Below, piece after piece: positions 10,385 to 22,790 of a stretch of DNA of 64,000 bases. The notes beneath the pieces were generated by a model. It made no database searches, was not told the origin of the DNA, and was given only the letters and a program-made list of their open reading frames with translations. The position numbers were made by a program, and so were the translations under genes. How positions within the stretch are numbered: position 1 is the stretch's first letter; every line of letters begins with the position of its first letter. This DNA comes from Mobula hypostoma (taxonomy: Eukaryota), in the NCBI RefSeq assembly GCF_963921235.1, contig NC_086108.1:8060001-8124000 (forward strand). Direction: 5' to 3'.

Positions 10385-11700
10385 GGACAGAGAGGGAGAG
10401 AGAGAGAGGGGGAGAGAGAGAGAGGGAGAGAGAGAGGGTGAGGGGGGGAGAGACAGGGGGAGAGGGAGGGGGGAGAGAGAGGGAGAGAGAGAGGGGAGAG
10501 AGAGAGGGAGAGGGAGAGAGAGAGGGGAGAGGGAGGGGGGAGAGAGAGAGGGAGAGAGAGAGGGAGAAAGAGAGGGAGAGAGAGGGGGAGAGAGACAGGG
10601 GGAGAGGGAGGGGGGAGAGAGAGGGAGAGAGAGAGGGAGAGAGAGAGGGAGAGGGAGAGAGAGAGGGGAGAGGGAGGGGGGAGAGAGAGAGGGAGAAAGA
10701 GAGGGAGAGAGAGAGGGGGGGAGAGAGAGGGAGAGAGAGAGGGTGAGAGAGGGGGAGAGAGGGGGGGAGAGAGAGAGGGAAAGAGAGAGGGTGAGAGAGA
10801 GAGGGAGAGGGAGAGAGAGAGGGGAGAGGGAGGGGGGAGAGAGAGAGGGAGAGAGAGAGGGAGAAAGAGAGGGAGAGAGAGAGGGGGGAGAGAGAGAGGG
10901 AGAGAGAGAGGGTGAGAGAGGGGGGAGAGAGAGGGGGGGAGAGAGAGAGGGAAAGAGAGAGGGTGAGAGAGGGGGGAGAGAGAGAGGGAGAGAGAGAGGG
11001 AGAAAGAGAGGGAGAGAGAGGGGGAGAGAGAGAGGGAAAGAGAGAGGGTGAGAGAGGGGGGAGAGAGAGAGGGAGAGAGAGAGGGGAGAGGGAGAGGGGG
11101 AGAGAAGGAGGGAGAGGGAGAAAGAGGAACAGGGATGGAGAGAGTGGGAGACAGAGAGAGAGGCATACAGAGGGGACACAGGAGGGTATAAGGTGAGAGA
11201 GAGAGAGAGGGAGGGAGGGAGAGAGAGGGTGAGAGAGAGAGAGAGGGAGGGAGGGAGGGAGAGGGAGAGGGCAAGAGAGAGTGGGAGAGAGAGAAGGGGA
11301 GAAAAAGAGAGGGAAAGCGAGTATGTGAGGTGGGGCTGAGAAAGAGGGTAGAGAGCTGAGAGACCAAGGAGGAGGGGGAGGGATGAGTGCATTGCTGAGT
11401 GGAGAAGGGAGGGAGGGGAACAGGCTAGGGGAGTGGGGGATTTCAAGGGAGGGCGAGAGGGTGGGAACAGTGGAATTGGGGAGAGAGGGACGAGAGGTGA
11501 AGGTATTGAAAGGGGAGGGAAAAGGGAGTTGGAAAGGTATGAAGAGAGAAGAGGTACAGGGAGACTGCAAACAGGAGAAGATGTTGGAACAGGATGGGAG
11601 AGAAATGGAAGGGTGTGGGAGGGAGGTCAGGAGAAGGAGAGTATTTGGGGAAGAAAGAGAATGGGTGAGAGGTCTGTGAAAAGGAGAGAGAGGGACTGAG
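10385..11700. repeat. Polypurine (GA/GGGA)n low-complexity tract
   Basis: Almost pure G/A on the + strand from 10385 to about 11340, purine-rich to about 11700. Confidence 0.95.
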
Positions 11701-11989
11701 GGCACTCGGGAATTGAGTGTAAAGATCCTTCCCAGTGGCAGATGGAGGGGACACTTGGAGTGAAGTCCCCAAGAATCCTACCTTCCAGTCTGAGGTTGAG
11801 GACAGGCAGCAACAGGAATCTCCAAGCCAACCCATCATTGGACAGGAGACTGAGCCGGGGCAGCTCTCATTGGCCGATTCGGTGTCGCTCATGTTTTCTG
11901 TATCGAATGAGAGGGTCTTGTAATGACTAAATCGGGTACATTGTCCAACCATGTACAACTTATTAGTATTAAGAACTCAAAACTCGTAT

Positions 11990-12218
11990 TCTAAGCTAAA
12001 CTTTCCTCCAATCACCTTAAAAGCATGTCCTCCCATTATAGCCATTTCCGCCCCAGGAAAAGGTCTCAGGGTTGTTCACTTGATACATGCTCTTATCATC
12101 TTGTACACCTCTATCAAGTCACCTCTCATCCTCCAGAGAGAAAAGCCCTAGCTCACTCAACCTATCCTCATAAGACACACTCTCTAATCCAGGCAGCATC
12201 CTGGTAAATCTCCTCTGC
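11990..12218 (-). mobile_element. CR1 3' fragment
   Basis: Reverse complement of the RRFTRMLPGL...GDLIEVYKM segment. Confidence 0.7.
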
Positions 12219-12635
12219 TGTCACAACGAGGCATTGGGAACGGACCCAAGTGCAAGATACAGACACTGAAGTACAAGGAACAGGACGTGACTAGAGTAGG
12301 GACGTGACAGGATACAGACAAGGAGCAGGGACAAAAACAAAGACTTGGGCTTGAGAAGAGGGGACCAGGACTAGGAACCATGAACTAAGAACCTGGCTTG
12401 GGCTCCGAGCCAGAGACTGGACAAAGACCCAGAACCTGGGTCTTGCCTCGGGCTCGGGTCCCAGAACCAGGCAAGGACATGACATGACTACAGGGCAGGA
12501 GGTGGCTGGGGTCTTGGCCCTTGAACTTGGAGACAGGCTGGGGTCTTGGCCCTTGAACTTGGAGACAGGCTGGGGTCTTGGACCTTGAACTTGGAGACAG
12601 GCTGGGATCTTGGCTCTTGAGGCTACAGGCCTTGT
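12219..12635. mobile_element. Possible LTR fragment containing a 32-bp tandem repeat (~3.5 copies, 12505-12620)
   Basis: Begins TGTCAC exactly where the CR1 fragment stops; GCTGGGGTCTTGGCCCTTGAACTTGGAGACAG is repeated. No second LTR or TSD seen. Confidence 0.35.
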
Positions 12636-13289
12636 CACTTGTCTCCTGCACTAACCTGTATCTCCCGACTTACTAAATATTCAATATAAGACAATTTGGG
12701 CTCTTGTATGTCAGAAACACCTCAGCGGCTCCCCGCTGAGATCTTGCAGCAATCCGTTTAGCAAGGAGTCAACGAGTAAAGAAGGTTTCGTATGACAGGG
12801 ACAGCCAGTTCTCGGGGCAGATGGTGCTGGATCAGACATGGAAATATGCACAAAGCTGAGGAACCAACCCACAATCCGAAGAAACAAGCAAGAAAGATGA
12901 AGAGTTTTGACCCGAAGTGTTGACTTTCCATTTCCTTCCAAGACACTGTATGACCTGTTAAATTCCTCCAATATTTGGTCATTCCAAAACGTCAGAGTTG
13001 AGATTTCAGAGGAAGGTTCTGTGCGTAGCTCAGCACCGGGAGCAAAGCTGTGCCTTGCGTGTTCTGAGTCCAGTGTCAGTAGGACATCCAACGTCAAAGC
13101 AAATGTATTATTAAATTGACATTTAACTACCTTGACATTCATTTTCTTGCAGACATTTACAGGAAAATAAAGAAATAAAATTGCATTTATGAAAATCTAT
13201 ACATGACAAACAACCAATGTGCAAAAGAAGACAAACTGTGCAAATAAAAAATAAAACTGAGAGCATGAGTTGTGAAGTCCTTGAGTGTA

Positions 13290-13799
13290 CAGTACTGTGC
13301 AAAGGTCTCAGGCAGATATATAGAGCGAGGGTGCCTCCAACTTTTCCACAGTGCTGTATTTGTCAAGGTGGAGCGGGGCGAGTTTGTAAATCTGGCGGGA
13401 GAAAAGGATGTTGGGAATGGGGAGGGTGGAGCGCCATGTGGGACAAGTGGCAGAGACGGAGTGCCAGGGGTGAGTACAGACACACCCAGCCCCGAGTCGC
13501 CAGGAAAGGTCATGTGATTCCAAACAAATTACGAATTTGTTTATTGATCATCGCAGAATGGTCTCTGGTGCTTCTCTCTCCTCTCTCCTTTTCCCAACCA
13601 TGATTCCCCTCTCCCTGCCCCCTTCCCACTCCCAGTCCACAGCAGAGACCCATATCAGAATCAGGTTTATCATCACTCACAAAATTTGAATTTTTTTTTG
13701 CAGCAGTACACTACAATACATAAAACCACCACATTACTGTGCAAATGTCAGGGCACCCTCACTATATATACATGTGTCTAAGACTTTTGCACAGTACTG
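13290..13799. mobile_element. Composite Tc1/mariner-type MITE, copy 1
   Basis: TA|CAGTACTGTGCAAA...TTTGCACAGTACTG|TA, inserted in a Rex1 3' UTR. Confidence 0.85.
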
Positions 13800-13845
13800 T
13801 AAGTTTGTAGGCTGAGGAATCAGTTCACAATTGAGGGTGAAGGTA

Positions 13846-14780
13846 GTTATCCACACTGGTTCAGGAGCCTGATGGTTGTGGGGTAATAACTGTTCCTGAA
13901 CCTGGTGGTGTGGGACCTGAGGCTCATTGTGGTGAGTGAAGTTATCCACACTGGTTCAGGAGGCTGATGGTTGTGGGGTAATAACTGTTCCTGAACCTGG
14001 TGGTGTGGGACCTGAGGCTCATTGTGGTGAGTGAAGTTATCCACACTGGTTCAGGAGCCTGATGGTTGTGGGGTAATAACTGTTCCTGAACCTGGTGGTG
14101 TGGGACCTGAGGCTCATTGTGGTGAGTGAAGTTATCCACACTGGTTCAGGAGCCTGATGGTTGTGGGGTAATAACTGTTCCTGAACCTGGTGGTGTGGGA
14201 CCTGAGGCTCATTGTGGTGAGTGAAGTTATCCACACTGGTCCAGGAGCCTGATGGTTGTGGGGTAATAACTGTTCCTGAACCTGGTGGTGTGGGACCTGA
14301 GGCTCATTGTGCTGAGTGAAGTTATCCACACTGGTTCAGGAGCCTGATGGTTGTGGGGTAATAACTGTTCCTGAACCTGGTGGTGTGGGACCTGAGGCTC
14401 ATTGTGGTGAGTGAAGTTATCCACACTGGTTCAGGAGCCTGATGGTTGTGGGGTGATAACTGTTCTTGAACCTGGTGGTATGGGACCTGAGGCTCATTGT
14501 ACTGAGTGAAGTTATCCACACTGGTTCAGGAGCCTGATGGTTGTGGGGTAATAACTGTTCCTGAACCTGGTGGTGTGGGACCTGAGGCTCATTGTGCTGA
14601 GTGAAGTTATCCACACTGGTTCAGGAGCCTGATGGTTGTGGGGTAATAACTGTTCCTGAACCTGGTGGTGTGGGACCTGAGGCTCATTGTGGTGAGTGAA
14701 GTTATCCACACTGGTTCAGGAGCCTGATGGTTGTAGGGTAATAACTGTTCCTGAACCTGGTGGTGTGGGGCCTAGGGCTC
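13846..14780 (-). repeat. 95-bp tandem array 2 (~10 units)
   Basis: Period of 95 from 13847 to 14702. Confidence 0.97.
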
Positions 14781-14829
14781 CTGTACCTCCTGCCCAATTG
14801 AAGTGTTGAGAAGAGAGATGGCCTCGATA

Positions 14830-15019
14830 CAACATTCTACAGCTGCACGGATCAACTGTTGCTCCGAGCAAGAAATTTGACATGGTCTGAAAACTGTGGG
14901 GCGCTTTAATAAAACATTATATAAAAGATAATTCCTGCTGTGCAGCAACAAAGGTGTGTGCGAGGAAGCATTTCGGTTACTGTGCGGCCATGCACCCACA
15001 CAGCTTAGTGGGAACAGTG
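14830..15019. mobile_element. hAT-like MITE inserted in Rex1
   Basis: Right end CTTAGTGGGAACAGTG. Degenerate 8-bp duplication CCTCGATA/CCTGGATT. Rex1 sequence resumes after it. Confidence 0.5.
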
Positions 15020-16324
15020 CCTGGATTGTAGGGGTCCTTAAGATGATCGATGCTGCTTCTTCGCGGCTGCACGCAATGCAAACGTGCTTCTTCCTCCTCT
15101 ACCCATAATGGGCAGTGTTAACAGAGCCACTTCAGTGATGATTTGATGTTTCAGAAGTGGTTAGAAACCTCGGTGATGAGATTTCAGTGGAAAGTTTCCT
15201 GTAGCTGTCTCAGGGACATGTTTTATTGAGGTGTTTATTTATATATTTTTGTCATAAATTCATGATTATTTTATCACCTTGAAGTATTAATGTAAGGTTT
15301 ATTTAGTGTAGTTTTTAATGGGTCACATGACCAGAGTTTGATAAAAGCATGACTGTGGTATTATGGGTCAGAACCAACATGGAGGCAGAGGAAGACACAT
15401 GGCCCTAAAATAACCTTATTCTGCAAGAGGCCCACAAAGTAATTTCTTTATTTGTTTATATAATGTTGTTGAAGTGCCTTTATATGAACAGTGTGATACA
15501 TTTTAGTGATTTATTTGATTTCAACACACTTCTGATATGCCAACGTGTTTGGGCCTGTTTATCGGCAGACACCAGCTTGAGAGACTTTAAAAGACAGAGA
15601 GATGTATGTTTCAAACTTTTATGTCCTTTATTTTCTTGTAGTTTTCACAGTGTCTACTGAAGAAAGAGAGCGAGAGAAATAAAAATAAATCTTCAAGGAC
15701 ATCTGTATTTTGCGTGGCCATTATTTCACTGGACTGGTGCAGTTACATTTCCTATGTGTCTGAATACCAGGAAAGAGACCATTCCCAAGAGTTTTAGAAC
15801 AAACTTAACATCTAGAAACAAGCAAGCGTCTTGGCACAGGGCCTGCTGGACAATATCAATTGTCTGTCACTGACTAGAGTGATAGAGAAGATGAGACTCT
15901 GCAAGAGGTTAGTGCCTGCAAGATTCCGGTTGTTTACTGAATTATTGATTGGTCTGACACTAGCAATTGTGGAGGTGATTGCTTCAGGGAGGGAAGGCGG
16001 TCCAAGGTGGAGGTAAAATTCTGAAATTTCTGGGAGGGGCATCGCAACAGACAATGTACTGAATAACTTCAGCACCAAACAGCAAGTCCACAGAGCTGGA
16101 GTGCAGATGGAACCCAGTCATGATAGATGTGAATTTCTGGCAAGACAAAAGGGTTCAGCAGGAAAGAGTTCAGCAGACTCAGAAGGCAGAGACCCTGATG
16201 TTGTAAAATTGAGCGATGTCGTAGCTTGATGTAGATTAATGAAAATAAAATTATTAGCTTTATTTGTACATTAAAACATTAAAACGTACTACGGAGGGGT
16301 ATTAAAATATGGCATTCCATCCAA

Positions 16325-16627
16325 TGGTCAGAATCAGAATTAGATTTAATATCACGATATATGTCATGAAATTTGTTGTTATTGGGCAGTGTTACGCAGC
16401 AATACAAAATAATTAAAAATGTAAATAACAATAAGAAATATATATTAAAAAGTTAAATAAAATAAGTTATGCAAAAAAAGTGCTGGGGTAGCATTCATGG
16501 GTTCAATGTCTATTCAGAAATCAGATGGCAGAGTGGCTGAAGCTGTTCCTGAATCATTGAGTGTGTATCTTCAGGCTTCTGTACCTCCTCCCTGATGGTA
16601 GCAATGAGAAGAGGGCACGTCCTGGGG
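16325..16627 (-). mobile_element. Rex1/Babar 3' fragment
   Basis: TCAGAATCAGAAT tail and ORF-end motif; truncated at the microsatellite. Confidence 0.75.
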
Positions 16628-16660
16628 AGTGTGCGTCTGTGTGTGCGCGTGTGTGTGACG

Positions 16661-16696
<36 letters not shown>

Positions 16697-16698
16697 CG

Positions 16699-16748
<50 letters not shown>

Positions 16749-16791
16749 CAGTATGTGTCTGTGTGTGTGTGTGTGTGTGTGTCTGTGTGTA

Positions 16792-16822
<31 letters not shown>

Positions 16823-16922
16823 CAGTATGTGTGTGTGTGTCTGTGTGTGTGTGTGTGAGAGAGAGAGACGGTATGTGTCTGTGTGTGTGTGTGAGATGGT
16901 GTGTCTGTGTCTGTGCATGTGC

Positions 16923-16957
<35 letters not shown>

Positions 16958-16958
16958 G

Positions 16959-17022
<64 letters not shown>

Positions 17023-17026
17023 CGGT

Positions 17027-17073
<47 letters not shown>

Positions 17074-17074
17074 G

Positions 17075-17114
<40 letters not shown>

Positions 17115-17260
17115 CAGTATGTGTCTGTGTGTGTGTGTGTGTGTGTCTGTGTGTGTGTGTGTGAGAGAGAGAGACGGTATGTGTCTGTGTGTGTGTGTGT
17201 GAGATGGTGTGTCTGTGTCTGTGCATGTGCGTGTGTGTGTGTGAGAGAGAGAGAGAGACG

Positions 17261-17312
<52 letters not shown>

Positions 17313-17313
17313 C

Positions 17314-17375
<62 letters not shown>

Positions 17376-17376
17376 G

Positions 17377-17434
<58 letters not shown>

Positions 17435-17482
17435 CGGTGTGTGTGTGTGTGTGTGTGTGAGATGGTGTGTCTGTGTCTGTGC

Positions 17483-17514
<32 letters not shown>

Positions 17515-17542
17515 CGATATGTGTCTGTGTGTGTGGGTGTGG

Positions 17543-17606
<64 letters not shown>

Positions 17607-17668
17607 CGGGGTGTGTGTGTGTGTGTGTGTGAGACGGTGTGTCTGTGTCTGTGTGCATGTGTGTGTGT
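16628..17668. repeat. Compound (TG)n/(GA)n microsatellite
   Basis: Alternating TG and GA runs joined by GACGGT/GACAGT linkers. Confidence 0.97.
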
Positions 17669-18319
17669 AAAATTATGCCCCCTCGTAATAGCCATTTCCG
17701 CCCTGAGAGAAAGTCTCTGGGTGCCCACTCATTCTACGCCCCTAATGTTCCTGAACTCCTGTGTCTTGTACGTACCCTTCACTCTGTGTAAAGAACCTAC
17801 CACAAGACCATAAGACATAAGAGCACAATTGAATCATTCGGCCCATCAAGTCTGCTCTGCCATTCCATCATGGCTGATTTATTCTCACTCCTTCTCTCAT
17901 TCTCCTGCCTTCTTCCTGTAACCTTTAACGTGCTGACTAATCAACCTCCACTTTAAATTAATGCCACTTACCTGTGACACCCCATGACCCCTCCAGACTT
18001 TCCTTCAATCACCTGAAAAATGATGCCCCATTGCATTAGTCATTCCTGACCGGGGGAAATGTCTCTGGCTGTTCACTTGACCTTTGCCTCTTACCTCTCG
18101 TCATCTTGTCCACCTCTATCAAATGCATCTTATCATCCTATACAGCTTTGTGGAAGTTGTGGCAAGGCAAGTGTTCTGTAATCATTCTTTCATGACATAT
18201 TACTCTGACTTTGAATCTTTGAACACAAGATCCAAGCAAAGCAAGATTGCCGACAGGAGGGAGATTGGTGTCATAACAGTAATCTCTCACTCAATGTCAA
18301 TAAGACCAAGGAATAGATT

Positions 18320-19130
18320 GTAGACTTCAGCAGAGGTCCATGAGTCAGTCCTCATCGGAGGACCAGAGCTGGAGAGGGTCAGCAACTTTAAATTCCTGCG
18401 CGTCACTATTTCAGAGGACCTGTCCTGGACCCTACACATAACTTCAATTGTGAAGGAAACATGGCCGTGCTTCTACTTCTTCAGGTGTTTGTGGAGATCT
18501 GGCATGACATCTAAATCTTTGACGAACTTCTATAGATGTGTGGTGGAGAGTGGGATGACTAGCTGAATCACAGCCTGGTATGAAAACACCAATGCCTTGG
18601 AATGGAAATTCATGAATGGTCGTGAATTCGGCCCAGTACATCACAGGTAAAGCCCTCCCAACCACTCAGCACATCCACATGAAACTTCTTCATAGGAAAG
18701 CAGCATCCATCATCAGAGATCCCCACCACCCAGTCGTGCTCTCTTCGCCGTGCTGCCATCAGGTAGAAGGTACAAGAGCCTCAGGACTCGTACCATCAGA
18801 GTTCAAGAACAGCTACTACCCCTCAACCATCAGGCTCCTGAACAAAGGGGAATAACTTCACTCACTTGCCCATCCATTGAGATGTTCCCACAACCAATGA
18901 TCTCACTTTAAGGAATCTTTTCCCTGTTATCTCATGTTCTCGTTATTTATTGCTATTTATTTATATTTTCATTTGTACAGTTTGTTGTCTTCTGCACTCT
19001 GGTTGACCTTTCACTGATCCTGTTATAGTTACTGTTCTATAGATTTGCTGAGTATGCCCGCAGGAAAGTAAATCTCAGGATTGTATATGCTGAAATATGT
19101 ACTTTCATAAGTCACAATTACTTTGAACCA
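18320..19130 (+). mobile_element. Rex1/Babar 3' fragment with a single, unamplified ORF end
   Basis: KAASIIRDPHHP...FKNSYYPSTIRLLN followed by 3' UTR. Confidence 0.85.
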
Positions 19131-19899
19131 TGAAAAGAAAGAAAGGCCTTCGAAGAGGATAGCTTTCCTCTGCACCACGGGGGCCCAGAGTCGCTCACTT
19201 ACAAAGACGAGACAAGTAACAGAGACCGCCCCCACAACTAACTTCAATGTATCATCAGTTGTCGGCTTGTAGTTGCTATTGAATTTAACACCTGCACTGT
19301 GAATGGTGATTGATCTTGTAAGTAAGGAATTCAAACATACAGTTTACCAAAGCAACACACACACAAAATGGTGAAGGAACCCAGCAGGTCAGGCAGCATA
19401 TGTGGAAATGAAACGGAAACAGTTGACGTTTCTGTGGAGCAGGTACAAACGTTTGTATTTATATTCTGTATTCTTTGCTCCTTTCTTTTTTGCCGTTTGT
19501 GGGGTTTTTTTTAAAAAAGCGTTGGTGGGTGGGGGTTGATGTTTTTCTCTGAACGAGTTGGTTCCATGGTGTTTCTTTGTTTCGTGGCTGTCTGTGAGAA
19601 AGACAGATCTCTGGGCTGTATGCTGCCAACAGACTTTGATTGCAAATGTCCTTTGATTATTGAGGGCGAGTTTTCAGAGCCTGGTGGACCGGCAACAACA
19701 CCGCGATTGAGTAATGGAGCCGCAAGCCCTTGTCATCTTTAGCAAGTACCCTGGCGGCCCCTTGAAGGGCTGTGCTCCCCCAGGCTGCAATCAGAAGTGG
19801 CGTCTCTGTCCAGCAGCGACACGGTTAAAACTCCGACCCAGCCTCAGAGTTTGGCCATTCTCTGGATTTCAGTGAAAAAGCCAGCTGAAACCATTTATC

Positions 19900-20240
19900 A
19901 TTTACTTACTTACGTCCTGACAGCCTGTTGCCCTGCTGGAGGTTGGGGCAGCAATGAAGATCCTCCATCTCTGCCCGTCCACACCGTCACACTCAGATGG
20001 AGAAGGATTCTTCATTGCTGTTTCTGTTACAATTTTGTTTGACTGGTCAGGGTCGTTAGCCCTGAGTTGAACCCCCGAACCTGGAGGACCGGTGGACCAC
20101 TCTTAGTCTGGCCTCTACCCTTTGACCTGTTTGGCATGGGTGACCCTGTCAAGAGTCGGTGCACGAGGCCCTGACTCCAGCCAACGCTGCTCATTGAGTA
20201 CCCAAGCCTCCAAAGCATGACAGGGGTGTGGTCCTCTTGG
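19900..20240 (-). mobile_element. RTE/Expander-derived non-autonomous element (family B)
   Basis: Expander-like 5' segment (GGGTCACCCATGCCAAACAGGTC) joined to a 3' end with a TAAG tail. Four copies in the window. Confidence 0.65.
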
Positions 20241-20922
20241 AGGTGTCTTGGTTTAAATTCCAGAAACTGCTGCTCTTTCAAGAATGGTGAATCTGTGGAA
20301 TTCATTGCCACAGACAGCTGTAGAGGCCAAATCATTAAAGTAGAGGTTGATAAGTCTTGATTAGTCAAAGGTTACAGGGAGAAGACAGGAGAATGGGGTT
20401 GAGAGGGATAATAAATCAGATATGAGGAAATGGCAGAGCAGACTCGATGGGCCAAAAGGCCAAATTCTGCTCCTGTCTGATGGTGCAATTGTGATGCTGA
20501 AGTGTCAAAACTGTTATTTTCTGAGCAAGATATGAAGGTCAAGGTCTGCTTAAAATAGATTGCGGCAACAGGTCGTGCAGGCAATGTTCCCATCAGATCC
20601 ACACACTGCAGATCCCACAAGCATGGTGGTGTCGTTTGACCAATTGATGGCTCTGGGACTGTACTCACTGCAGTTTAGAAGAATGTGGGTGTGAGAGGAA
20701 GAAATCACATTGAAACTATCTAATATTGAAAGGCTTCCATAGTGTGGAGGTGGAGAGGATGTTTCCTGTAGTGGAGGGAGTCAAGGACCAAAGGGCACGA
20801 TCTTGGAATAGAGGAACATCCCTTTAGAACAGAGATGAGAAGGAATTTCTTTAGTCAGAGAGTGGTGAATCTGTGGAATTCATTGCCACAGATGACTATG
20901 GAGACCAAGTCATTGGATGCAT

Positions 20923-21612
20923 TTAGATTTTTTTTTAGATTATGAGGACACTCAGTCCTCGTTTATTGTCATTTAGAAATGCATGCATGCATTAAGAAAT
21001 GATACAATGTTCCTCCAGAGTGATATCACAAAAAAAAAACAGGACAAACCAAAGACCAACACTGACAAGACCACGTAATTATAACATATAGTTATAGCAG
21101 TGTAAAGCAATACCGTAATTTGATAAAGAACAGACCATGGGAACGGTAAAAAGAAGTCTCAAAGTTCCAATCGACTCCAGATAGTCCCCGATAGCAGGTG
21201 GCAGAAGGGAGAAACTCTCTCTGCCATAAACGTCCAGGCACTGACAACTGTCGATGCATTGGAAGCACCCGACCACAGCCAACTCTGAGTTCGTCCGAAA
21301 ACTTCGAGCCTCCGACCAGCCCTCTGACACCGGACGCCGAACACCATCTCTGCCGAGCACTTCAACCCCGTCCCAGCTGCCAAACAACAAGCAAAGCCGA
21401 GGATTCGGGGCCTTCCCGTCCGGAGATTCTGGATCACACAGTAGCAGCGGCAGTGAAAAAGGCATTTCAGAAGTTTCTCCAGATGTTCCTCCGTTCTCTC
21501 ACATCTGTCTCCATCAAATCAGCATTGTGCACGGCACCCTACTTGACAGGTTACAGATATCATTCACCGGAGTGGCCACGCAAGCTGTGTCACGCCGCCA
21601 TCTTCTCCTCCT
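20923..21612 (-). mobile_element. Non-coding retroposed element inserted in a CR1 3' end
   Basis: 5' end AGGAGGAGAAGATGGCGGCG. 3' end has AATAAA, a hairpin (20944-20960) and a TAATCTAAA tail. CR1 sequence is continuous across it. Confidence 0.55.
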
Positions 21613-22444
21613 ATAGGCTGATGTTGACAGGTTCTTGATTAGTCAGGGCATCAAAGGTCACAGGAAGAAAAGAAGGAGAATAGAGTTTAGAGGGTTACTA
21701 CCCCTCAACTATCAGGCTCCTGAACAGAGAGGATAACTATACTCATTAATTGAGGTATTCCTAAACCAATGATCTCACTTAAAGGACTGTTTACCTTGTT
21801 ATTTCAAACTCTCATTATTTATTAGTATTTATTTATATTTGCATTTGCACAGTTTGGTGTCGTCTGCACTCTGGTTGATCTTTCATTGATCCTGTTATAG
21901 TTACTGTTCTATAGATTTGCTGAGTATGCCTGCAGGAAAATGAATCTCAGGGTTGTATGTGGTGACATGCATGTTCTCTGATAATAAATTTTATTTTGAA
22001 TTTTGACTGGGGTAACAAATCAAGCATGATGAAATGGTGGAGCAGATTCGATGGGCTGAATGACCTAATTCTGCTTCTAAATCTTTTGGTTCTATTGTTT
22101 GCAAGATAAAAACACAGTACTCAGCTATGTAGAGCTTGTTATCTTTAATTGGCTTGTTGACACTCCCGGAGCAGTGTTTTTTTTTCTTACACACAGTTAT
22201 AGGTTCCAAAAGGATGTTATTATAACTGCAGAGAAAATCATTAGTGACGGATCTGGAATCAGTCCCCTGTTTATTCCATCTCTCATGTTAATCTGTGATT
22301 CATCTTAATGATCTTATTTGTCATTCTGAATCCACTCCCTTCTTGTGAATCCTGGTGCCTGGAACTCACGCACTCACTCTCTCTCTCTCTCTCTCTCCAG
22401 GCAGCCTCTCAGTCTGATGGCCTGCTCTTTGTAAGTGGTTTTTG

Positions 22445-22772
22445 GGCCTCTTCCAAGAGGACTACAACCTTGTCTTTGGGTTTGGAGGCTTGAGTGCCTC
22501 AGTGACCCAGAGAACCACTGCATGTTGGCTGGAGCCAGGCTCTTGGTAAGGTCATCCATGCCAAACAGGTCAGAGGGTAAAGGCCAGACTAAGAGTGGCC
22601 CACCAGCCCTCCAGGTTCGGGGGTTCAGCTCAGGGCTAACAATACTGACTGGTCAAACACAATTGTTACAGAAACAGTAATGAAGAATCCTACAACTGAA
22701 TGGCCAAAGACAGAGAGATGGAGAACCTTCATTGCTATCATAAATGCCAGTGGCGTAACAGGCAGTAAGTAT
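22445..22772 (+). mobile_element. RTE/Expander-derived element (family B)
   Basis: Homologous to the other family B copies. Confidence 0.65.
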
Positions 22773-22790
22773 GCAAGAGCCATTGATATA

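Noticed and set aside
10155..11705. Long Pro/Ser/Leu and Arg/Glu/Gly ORFs
   Set aside because: Translations of GA low-complexity DNA.
12700..13142. 143-aa minus-strand ORF
   Set aside because: Spans a Rex1 tail and a decayed Penelope terminal repeat; no recognisable domain.
16510..17813. Long His/Thr and Cys/Val ORFs
   Set aside because: Microsatellite translations.
19203..19291. 89-nt minus-strand exon candidate (TGCAG|G ... |GTAAGT)
   Set aside because: Weak acceptor and no recognisable peptide; such sites occur by chance.
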